Assembly (NCBI GenBank): GCA_019056785.1
Contig: DXJV01000044.1
Location: 1-26,763, forward strand
DNA: 26,763 bases
Direction: 5' to 3'
Origin: Candidatus Heimdallarchaeota archaeon
GTDB taxonomy: Archaea > Asgardarchaeota > Heimdallarchaeia > JABLTI01
This document shows, in pieces, positions 7,694-16,100 of this stretch. Under the pieces are notes generated by a model. It worked only from the letters and a program-made list of their open reading frames with translations. It was not told the DNA's origin and did no database searches. Each line of letters starts with the position of its first letter. Positions within the stretch are counted from its first letter, which is position 1. A program made the translations under genes and the position numbers.

Positions 7694-8281
7694 TTATTTC
7701 ACCCAGCCTTTCAAAATTCGCTCACAATTTTCGCAAACGAATTTAGATACGTCCACTTTTTCGCCTTCAGGCGGTTTTGGAAAAACTTTCAAACCACATT
7801 TGCAAACATATCCACGAATTCTGGCGGGGTTACCAAAGACAAGTGCATGTTCAGGAACATCTTTAGTGATGACACTTCCAGAACCAATCATGGCAAATTT
7901 TCCTAAAGTAATACCACAAATAATGACTGAATTTGCACCGATGGAAACGCCGTCTTCAACTTTTGTTTTCACAATCTTCCATTCTTGATTAAACGCCCTG
8001 GGATAGAGGTCATTAGTAAAGACTACATGTGGACCAAGGAAAACGTTGTTACCTATTGTTACTCCATGATAAATAGATACCCTGTTCTGTATTTTTACGC
8101 CATCACCAATTGTCACCTCAGCGTCGACATAGACTCCTTTCCCAAGAATGCACTTTTTTCCTAAGTGGGCGTTTTTACGTACATGTGCATGATGCCAAAT
8201 GCTCGTTCCTTCTCCGATTTCGACATCATCTTCAACAATTGCTGTAGGATGAATTTTCACGTTTTTATAATTCTTATTCAT
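7694..8281 (-). CDS. Left-handed beta-helix nucleotide-sugar N-acetyltransferase (WbpD/WlbB-like) with C-terminal Cys motif
   Basis: Hexapeptide repeats IHPTAIVEDDVEIGEGTSIWH, VKIQNRVSIYHGV, VFTNDLYPRA, GNPARIRGYVCKCG...CENC. Confidence 0.88.
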   Translation of the reverse strand: MNKNYKNVKIHPTAIVEDDVEIGEGTSIWHHAHVRKNAHLGKKCILGKGVYVDAEVTIGDGVKIQNRVSIYHGVTIGNNVFLGPHVVFTNDLYPRAFNQEWKIVKTKVEDGVSIGANSVIICGITLGKFAMIGSGSVITKDVPEHALVFGNPARIRGYVCKCGLKVFPKPPEGEKVDVSKFVCENCERILKGWVK

Positions 8282-8589
8282 TTCTTGTTACCATCCTCTG
8301 TTTGTTCTTCAGCAGGTTCTGTTTTCCATTCTTTGTTAATGACAATTGATGATTGTTCTTCACTTTCCTTAGAACCACTTTCTTTCTCCTTCCGCCATTT
8401 TCTGATCATTAACACCAATTCAATAATAATAAAGGCCACCAAAATGATATCAATGATGATAAAGAGATAAGTAATCTCCGGGAGGAGTTTTAAGACCCGC
8501 ACTTCAAGAATAATCAAAGCAGGTAAGAGGGCGAAGAAAGCAACAATGGATGTGATTGTGAAGACTTTTTCAATTTTCATTTGAATCAT
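8278..8589 (-). CDS. Small 2-TM membrane protein with charged C-terminal tail
   Basis: Two hydrophobic segments followed by RKWRK. The stop overlaps the acetyltransferase start (ATGA, 8278-8281). Confidence 0.7.
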   Translation of the reverse strand: MIQMKIEKVFTITSIVAFFALLPALIILEVRVLKLLPEITYLFIIIDIILVAFIIIELVLMIRKWRKEKESGSKESEEQSSIVINKEWKTEPAEEQTEDGNKK

Positions 8590-8731
8590 AGTAAGAAATG
8601 TTTCATCTTATTTTAATTCTACGGAAAAAAACGAAAAATCAAACAGAAAATCTATTATTATTAATGACTGATAGTTGCTTTTAAAAAGAGCCACCAAATA
8701 TTACTGAAGCATAACAAAAGCTCCATTAGGT

Positions 8732-10021
8732 TTGATGCTCTTGGCAAATTTTTTCGTGGAATCACATGGTTGTACGGCAAATACTTCTGCCACAGAATTA
8801 ATGACATATTTACTCGAGGCTAGTGGGCACAAAAGAATTTCCTCCAAAGACGTAGCAGATTTCGTTTTAGTAAACACTTGTGTTGTAAAGGCAACGACAG
8901 AAAATCGCATGAAATCAATTCTTCAAAAATACTACCAAGAACAAATCCCCATGATTGTTACGGGTTGCTTACCACAAGTTATGGCTGATTGGTGCACTAA
9001 ACATCTTCCTAATGTTGCTCTTGTGGGTGTTGATCATTTTAAAGATGTCTCAGCTGCAGCAGAAGCGGTCCTTCAACAACGGGAATTTGTAGCAATCTCT
9101 CGAGAGAAAGCTTTCTGTTCAGAAATACACCGATATAGACAGTCGCCTTTAACCGGAATTATTGAAATTTCAAAAGGTTGCTTGGGACAATGCTCTTATT
9201 GTATCGTAAAAATTGCCAAGGGGCTTTTGGTATCGAAGCCGTTAAAGCAAATTATACTGGAAGCAAAACAAGCGCTGGCAGATGGTTGTAAAGAGCTTTG
9301 GCTAACATCACAAGATTTGGCTTCCTATGGTGTTGATAGCGGTTCAAGTCTGATTGCTGTTCTCAAAGAATTGACTGCCCTTAATGGTAGCTTTTGGATT
9401 CGATTGGGAATGATGAATGCTGATTATGCCTTGCCCATTGCCGATGAACTTGTCTCCTTTTTACAACATCCAAAGATCTATTCTTTCGTTCATATCCCCC
9501 TCCAATCCGGCAGTAACAAAGTTTTGAAAGCAATGAAAAGAAAATATACTGTTGAAGAATTTGAGCAGTTAATTACTAGTTTACGAAAAGTCCCCAGATT
9601 AACAATTTCAACAGATATAATTGCAGGCTTTCCAGGAGAGACAGAAAATGATTTCGAAGAAACACTTGAAGTCCTAAGGAGAATTCGGTTTGACATCGTC
9701 AACATTTCTAAATACGGCGATAGGAAAGGAACTCTCGCAAGCAAATCGCGAGAGAAATTACCAACTGAAATTGTGAAACAACGGTCGAGAGAAGTTTCGG
9801 CCTTAGTGAGGGAGATGACTTTAGAAAAAAACAGAAAATGGGTGGGTTGGAAAGGAGAAGCGTTGGCTTTAAAACGAGAAAGAGAAGGAAGGTGGACACT
9901 TCTAAGAAACAAATCCTATAAACTAGTAGCAGTCAAAGACAACTCTTTAATCTTGGGCAATAGATATTCAGTTCAAATTGAGGAAGGTTTGAAGACAAGA
10001 TTACTAGGACAAATTCTTTAA
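8732..10021 (+). CDS. mtaB: tRNA methylthiotransferase, archaeal/eukaryotic MtaB (CDKAL1-like) radical SAM enzyme
   Basis: UPF0004 Cys motifs HGCTAN, VNTCVVK, VTGCLPQ. Radical SAM motif CLGQCSYC. Also IRLGMMN, HIPLQSGSNKVLKAMKRKYT, TDIIAGFPGETE and a C-terminal TRAM-like region. Confidence 0.9.
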   Translation: MMLLANFFVESHGCTANTSATELMTYLLEASGHKRISSKDVADFVLVNTCVVKATTENRMKSILQKYYQEQIPMIVTGCLPQVMADWCTKHLPNVALVGVDHFKDVSAAAEAVLQQREFVAISREKAFCSEIHRYRQSPLTGIIEISKGCLGQCSYCIVKIAKGLLVSKPLKQIILEAKQALADGCKELWLTSQDLASYGVDSGSSLIAVLKELTALNGSFWIRLGMMNADYALPIADELVSFLQHPKIYSFVHIPLQSGSNKVLKAMKRKYTVEEFEQLITSLRKVPRLTISTDIIAGFPGETENDFEETLEVLRRIRFDIVNISKYGDRKGTLASKSREKLPTEIVKQRSREVSALVREMTLEKNRKWVGWKGEALALKREREGRWTLLRNKSYKLVAVKDNSLILGNRYSVQIEEGLKTRLLGQIL

Positions 10022-10072
10022 AAAGAATAGGCACCCTTCATATTAAAACATTAAATAAAGGAACTAAGTAGA

Positions 10073-10777
10073 ATGGTCAAAATCGACATGCATGTTCACA
10101 CTAATTATTCAGATGGGGTGGATTCTGTAGAAGAAATCATCCGACAAGCAGAGAAAATGGGTCTCGATGGTATTGGCATAGTTGATCATGATACTTTTGG
10201 AGGATTACATAAGGCTTTGGAAATTGAAACGGATTTGATTATTATTCCGGGAATAGAGGTCTCAACTTGCAAAGGGCATATTTTAGCTTATGGTATAACC
10301 GATGGCGAAATTGAAATTGGTTTAACACCCCAAGAAACAGTCAAGATCATCCATCGGTTGGGAGGAATTGCTGTTCCTGCTCATCCTTTTGATTTCATTC
10401 GTCTGGGAATAAAAAAAGAAGTGTACAAAATAAATGCGGATGCAATTGAAGTTATAAATGGTTGTAGTACCTTGCCACGATATAATAAAAAAGCCATTAA
10501 AGTTGCCCAAGAGCTGGACTTGCCAATGGTGGCAGGAAGTGATGGGCATTCCACAGAAGAAATCGGAAATGCTTGGACCGATTTTCTGGTCGAACCTGAA
10601 ACATGGCAGGATGTCATCACAATGATCCTACGAAAAGAGTCCATTCCGGTAGGTGGTACTCATCCGGTATTGCGGTCAAAAATTAAACGGTTTTTCAAAG
10701 CATATAAAAAAAGACATGAACGTCCCGTTCCCTACCCTTGGATATCCAAACCAAAAAGGAAAAAAGGTGAACACTAG
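10073..10777 (+). CDS. PHP-domain metal-dependent phosphoesterase
   Basis: Motifs IDMHVHTNYSDG, VDHD, PGIEVST..GHIL, PAHPF, IEVING, AGSDGH. Confidence 0.92.
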   Translation: MVKIDMHVHTNYSDGVDSVEEIIRQAEKMGLDGIGIVDHDTFGGLHKALEIETDLIIIPGIEVSTCKGHILAYGITDGEIEIGLTPQETVKIIHRLGGIAVPAHPFDFIRLGIKKEVYKINADAIEVINGCSTLPRYNKKAIKVAQELDLPMVAGSDGHSTEEIGNAWTDFLVEPETWQDVITMILRKESIPVGGTHPVLRSKIKRFFKAYKKRHERPVPYPWISKPKRKKGEH

Positions 10778-10784
10778 GAGCATA

Positions 10785-11864
10785 TCAGGAAAGCAGTTTT
10801 CCTAATTTCTTATCTGTTCTTAACACTTCGAGAAGAATATCACCCGGTTTTTGAATTTTAGTGAAAAGCTTTGCTGTGTCTTTCCAATAGTTGCTGGGAT
10901 TCGCACAGAGTTTTCGGATGGTTCTAATAGTATCTTCTAATGTTTGAGTCGAAAAACTTGGAAAACCCATTTCTTCAAGGAATACCTGTGGTTCTAAATG
11001 GCGCCAGAAATAGGTTAGTGATGGAATGCCTAACAGTGCAGCCTCACGTGCCATGGTCCCGCCACCGGTGATGACGAGTTCTGCTTTGGAGAGCAGATCC
11101 ATGAAAAAAATCCCTTTCTTGGGCATAAAGACCCGAGGACCAAATTGTTGCTTAATAGCTTCTTTTTGTTGTGGATATCTGGGCAAAACATAGATTTGCC
11201 CAGTGTAATTCGTTAAAATCTCCTCGAGAAGCTCGAGATAGAGTTCCGTACTTTGATTGATCATATAACTTGCATAGCTTTCTTCGGGACGGAAAACAAG
11301 ATATCGTTCAGAGGTTTTATTGCGGAGCTTGAGAAAGTGCTGATAATTTTCGCCGAAAATATATTCGATCTCGTCTACACCTGAATAAGTGTGGATTCTT
11401 TCTGGTTGTGCGCCAAAAGCTATGAATTTCTGAGTGTCAATGCAACTCAATGTTATCAAGTGTTGGGCTAAAGAAAGCGTTAATCTGGCGACAGGTTCTG
11501 AATGAGATGTGTCGTTAAATAGGATGATCGGTATCTTTAATCCATAAGCGACCCTGGTGGCGTCAGGAGAGGAGAGGGATATAGCCAGAGCCGGTTGATG
11601 AGGAAGAGCAATAATAAATTTTGAAAGTTTCACAACACGCTTTGCACTAGCAAGCAATTTCATCTCAAGGGACTTGCCCCCATATTTTCCAAACGAGTGA
11701 AAGGGAATGCCATAATGATGAAAGATGTCGTGAATGTAATCATGCTCTCTTGTTGTATAAATGGCTTCAAAGCCAAATTCTTGAAGGCGTTTGCCAAGTG
11801 CAATAAAAAGCATTGCTTGCTTTGGCGTTAGGATATCAAACCAGACGATTTTCTTCTCAACCAT
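10785..11864 (-). CDS. DUF354 family GT-B-fold protein (putative glycosyltransferase-like)
   Basis: Motifs VWFDILTPKQ, FGKYGG..L..KL, SSPDATRVAYGLKIP, FRPEESYASY, GGGTMAREAALLGIP. Confidence 0.85.
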   Translation of the reverse strand: MVEKKIVWFDILTPKQAMLFIALGKRLQEFGFEAIYTTREHDYIHDIFHHYGIPFHSFGKYGGKSLEMKLLASAKRVVKLSKFIIALPHQPALAISLSSPDATRVAYGLKIPIILFNDTSHSEPVARLTLSLAQHLITLSCIDTQKFIAFGAQPERIHTYSGVDEIEYIFGENYQHFLKLRNKTSERYLVFRPEESYASYMINQSTELYLELLEEILTNYTGQIYVLPRYPQQKEAIKQQFGPRVFMPKKGIFFMDLLSKAELVITGGGTMAREAALLGIPSLTYFWRHLEPQVFLEEMGFPSFSTQTLEDTIRTIRKLCANPSNYWKDTAKLFTKIQKPGDILLEVLRTDKKLGKLLS

Positions 11865-11869
11865 CGATT

Positions 11870-12154
11870 TTAGCCAACTTTACACCCGTTATTTTCGCTA
11901 TATTTAAGATCCTCTCTGAAAAACGCTTTTGTTAAAATATTCCAAACGATGAGCCAGTAGAGAAAGAGAATGGCAGAAATAATGACGTTAATTACTCTAA
12001 AGGTCACAGGATAGCTCTCTGCGATATTGAGCAATCCTTCGGGATTAAAGAATAAATAATAAATAAAAGCAATAATGAGAATGAGAAATCCCCAAATAAT
12101 TGTAATGGCCTTGATCGGGCCAGTAGTTGCGAGAAGAATCTTGCGGTAATTCAC
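11870..12154 (-). CDS. Small 2-TM membrane protein
   Basis: Two hydrophobic helices. Ends 5 nt before the DUF354 start in the same orientation. GTG start. Confidence 0.7.
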   Translation of the reverse strand: MNYRKILLATTGPIKAITIIWGFLILIIAFIYYLFFNPEGLLNIAESYPVTFRVINVIISAILFLYWLIVWNILTKAFFREDLKYSENNGCKVG

Positions 12155-12347
12155 TGTAGAACAACCTTGAAAGTTACTTTTGGATAGTAATGATATGGGA
12201 AAAAAGAATTTAAGAAGTTATTGTTATTTCAATTAAAAAAAATTGTTCTTCAAAGAGGAAACTGGAACAATAAACTAACTAAAAGCAAACATTAATAATA
12301 TCTGTAAAGAGTGAAAAGAAGGAAAAAAATCGACTTAAAAAAACGGC

Positions 12348-12788
12348 TTGAAAACAATGGCAATAATCGAAGCAGGATTGATAGTCAATGGCTTACCAAT
12401 ATTACGAAGGAGCTATCATCCGAGTGTTAAAGATGTAGATCCAATGATAAAAGCAAGTCTGATGACCGCCTTGAAAACGTTTGCAAAAGAAGCTTTTGCT
12501 GATAGACCTGAGGTTCTGAAATTATCGAAGTTCTCAATAATGTTACATGATCTGAATACGGAAGAGCCCGGGACAATGTTCCTATATTGTGTTCTTGAAA
12601 AGAAGACCGCCGAAGGCGAAGTAAGAAGGCGGCTCAAGCAAATTGAAGAAAAAATGGCCGGCATGAATGAAATTCTGGACCAACCTGTGGAAACAAAAGG
12701 ACTAAGAAAAATAAAGCGGCTGATAGATAGGGAATTGAAAGATCTCTGTTTAAGAGCATCAGATAGGGCAAAAAACATTTTTGGATAG
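12348..12788 (+). CDS. Stand-alone longin-like domain protein
   Basis: Pattern IIEAGLIVNGLPILRRSY...DPMIKASLMTALKTFAKEAF...EVLKLSKFSIMLH...MFLYCVLEK...VRRRLKQIEEKM fits the longin bb-a-bbb-aa topology typical of Asgard proteins. Alternative ATG at 12357. Assigned by eye. Confidence 0.65.
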   Translation: MKTMAIIEAGLIVNGLPILRRSYHPSVKDVDPMIKASLMTALKTFAKEAFADRPEVLKLSKFSIMLHDLNTEEPGTMFLYCVLEKKTAEGEVRRRLKQIEEKMAGMNEILDQPVETKGLRKIKRLIDRELKDLCLRASDRAKNIFG

Positions 12789-12836
12789 AACAAAGAATCT
12801 TTTACCCACTCCCATTGTCAAGAAAAAGGATAGAAA

Positions 12837-13007
12837 TGGTCCGGTCTCGGAGATTTGAATTCCGGGCAAAGGTAAAGGCACCTTAGCTCTCCGGACATCT
12901 CGGTTTATGCCTTTCGCGAGAAACGCGGCTGACTCCGACTCATTCTGCCGTCATCGGAGCGACAAAGTCTACAGCCGAGCGCTCTGGCCAGGCTGAGCTA
13001 AGACCGG
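12837..13007 (-). tRNA. tRNA-Tyr(GTA) with two introns: 64 nt at 37/38 (12905-12968) and 29 nt at 53/54 (12860-12888); CCA encoded
   Basis: Minus strand reads CCGGTCT TA GCTC AGCCTGGCCA GAGC G CTCGG CT GTA G[intron1]A CCGAG ATGTC CGGAG[intron2]TTCAAAT CTCCG AGACCGG A CCA. The spliced product is a 78-nt cloverleaf with C1-G72/A73, the archaeal/eukaryal Tyr identity. Confidence 0.94.
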
Positions 13008-13039
13008 AACCTTTCGATTTGTATATTGATTACTTCCAT

Positions 13040-13055
13040 TTTAAAAATTTTACCA
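13040..13055 (-). promoter_or_regulatory. Putative BRE/TATA promoter of tRNA-Tyr
   Basis: Minus strand TGGTAAAA-TTTTTAAA, with the TATA about 33-40 nt upstream of the mature 5' end at 13007. Confidence 0.5.
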
Positions 13056-13119
13056 TCGGACTTTTTCGTTATTCTTCAATTATAGCTTTCATTCATTTTC
13101 TATTGACTGTTCTTTTTTA

Positions 13120-16100
13120 TTATTCATCTCTTCTCTCTATTTTCCTCATTTTTCTTCTAAGTCTCTTTTGCAAGAGTTTACTTACTCTTCCTCTTATCCG
13201 TATGGCTTTTTGTCTTTGTTTCTGTAAGATTATGTCCTCTCTTCTTCTTTTTATTTGCTCAATATTCGCGTAAATGAGTCGTTTTACATTAGGATTGACA
13301 GCTGTTATATCTACATCAAAAACAAGGAATGGCATTTGATTCTCTAAATAAATAGGTTTCAAGATTGCTTGGGAGACTTTGTACGGCAAACAATTGAATG
13401 GGCCAGTTAATACGAGGGAGTCATAAAGTGATCCTTCTAATGCTTCCATCCCTTTTCCAACTGTTGGAATTGCTTCTCCGAAAATGAGGGGGCTTATCAA
13501 AGGTTCTGACAGTCTATTTATCGTTGTCAAGTCATTTGGATGGGCATACAATAGGCCTGTTCGTTTGAATCGCTTCCGTAATCTCTTCTCAATTCGAAGC
13601 ATAAGGGCTGTGCCAATCTTTCCAACTAGCAGTATTTGTGAAACATCATCCCAGAGTGAAGTTGTAGCTTTTAGGATAGTCCCCAGTTTATCAGGGTTCT
13701 TCTTCCATTCTTTGTTTACTAAGTAGCTGGAACTAGAGCTTTGAGCATAAATGGATAATTCAAATAGATCTGTTGACTTAACAATTATCCCTTCCTTAGC
13801 ATAAATCTCGCGGAGTTCACCCAAGAAAAAGTCGCTGAACCGGACAAAAAAGTCGCCACTCACCAGAACTTTCGGAGCATCCTTTGGAGACATTTTTCGA
13901 GGAATCTTAGCAATGTTCCTGATAAGCTTCTTGATTCCTCGACGATAATCTTTTAATGTTTTGGCTTCATCTAAAAATTGTTGCCAATAGGTATGTAATA
14001 GTTCGACACTGCCGTCCTCTCCCACTACTCGTAAAGAGCTTTCAATTTCCCACATCAAGTCACCCATGATAATCGCTGCAGGAACGTGGCGTATCACTTG
14101 GGTTAATTTTGTTCCCAAGAATTTGGTTAAATAGTCAAATCTATAGAGGAAGACATCTTCGATTTGGTTTTTCTCGAGGAATTGTTCGATATAATGAAAA
14201 TAGCTGTAGACTGCACAAGGTGCCCCTCCGCGAATCATATACATCCCAATTATTTCCCCGGGTTTTCGGTTCTTTACAAGGGTTAAAATTTGCCCGAGAA
14301 CGACAGGAAGAGGAATGCATTCTTTCCCTGAACTATAGCGATAGCCTTTTAGAAGGTAATCTAATTTTATCTCTGTTGTTCCGCCTGCATTAAAACCAAA
14401 TAAGGAAAGGATTTTGTCACCAATTTCTGTGTGATATTTTGAAAAACTAGGCAAATACAGTTTGACTCTTGGATCTCGAATACTTATTTGCTTTCCTTTG
14501 GAGGTAATTACAACAACTCTGCCATTTCTTCGTTTAACTTTTGCAACTTGAAATGGTTTTGGTTCTTCCTTTCGTTTGCCCGCGCGGTAATTTTTAATAA
14601 TCTCAAGAAAAGCTTCTAATCTTGTTTGAATGCCTGCGTCTGCTGTGTGAGCGTCCAGCTCTAACATCAAATAGGGTTTCGAATCCATTTCTGAACGGAC
14701 ATAATTCTGACTAAATGCATCAATGGTGCAACTGAAGCTATTGATATAGAGAAGGAACAAGTTATCATACTTTTTCGCAAGATTTATCGCCACTTTTGCA
14801 TAGTTAACAAAGAACCACGGGATATCGTTTACTTCCTCTTTTTTGAGAAAATCAAACGGAATAACTGTTACGCCCATGCTTGCGAGTTTCTTTGGGATTC
14901 GTAAAGAGGTTTCCGGGGGAAAAGCATTATAGCTTCTTCCAACAAGAAGAATGCCAATCTCATCTTTTTCTTGCAACTCTTTAATGATCTCTTCACCCAT
15001 TTGTTGCAATTGGTTTTCAACGGCAAGTTGCTTTTCTACTGCTTTTTGATATGCTTCGTTTGCCTGGAGTCGTGTCTCGTTCAATTCTTCTACTGCCATT
15101 GTTATTAGAGCATCACTATTTTCGTACCCTTCGGAATAATCGAGAACCGGTTTTAAGAAGTCAACATTTTTGAAGGCTGTGGAAATAAAATAGGGGCTAG
15201 CTTGAGTAATTGGGCAGAATGTTGCATCCAGCCATTTGTCTCCTTTAGGTAAATTGTGAACATGGGGCAAAAAGATTCGAGTAATGTCTTTCTTCTTAAT
15301 GAGATCTAATACTGCTCCATGAAGGATCTGAATGGGGAAACAAAAAGCCGCGTTAGTCATCAATTCTCGTTCTTTATCGATTTTTGAAAGCACAACTTCA
15401 TAACCCAATTCTTTAAAGAAGGTTGAATAGAGCGGGAAAAGGCTATGGACTAACAATGCGCGAGGAATGCCAATTTTTCCTTTACTCTTTTTTTGTGTCT
15501 CTGTTTGAGTTTCATCGCTGCTCCCGAGAATTAATTGATTCCGTTGATGTACATAATCAGGTTTCTCCTCAACTTTCATATGGCGCCATTGATGTTCATA
15601 TCTACTGCAACTTCCTCCAAAGGAAAAGCGACGGCCACCAACTTCATACCTTTCAATCGTACAATAATTTTCACATGCTTTACAGGTGAACGTTCCCAGG
15701 CTTTTGAGTTTCGATTTGATAAGTCCTTTAAGTGTCGTTTGTTCCGGCATGCCGTTAATTTCGTGTTGTTCGTATTTGTTTTTCACGAGGAGAGCAATAC
15801 CAAAGGCCCCCATTAATTCTGGATTTGGTGGGATGATAATTTCACTTTCTGTTGCTTGAGCAAACGCGTATCCAACTGAATGGTTCTTTGCAACACCGCC
15901 TTGAAAGAAAACTTTCTTACCTATGGGTCTTGAGCCCTTAACTTTATTCAAATAGTTATCAACAATTGAATAGACTAGTCCACCAATGATGTCATCTCGC
16001 CGATAACCTTCTTGCAATGCGGTTCGAATGTCAGTATTAATGAATGCAGCACAATCAGCTTTAAAGCGAACAGGCATATCCGCGTCTATTGCAATGTTTG

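Noticed and set aside
12925-12960. Box C/D guide or nested intron inside the tRNA-Tyr intron (CCGATGA...ATGA; CTCC-GAT-GAC/GTC-GGAG)
   Set aside because: The spacer is only 7 nt and there is no CTGA box D. The competing continuous 7-bp hairpin is more plausible than the nested bulge-helix fold.
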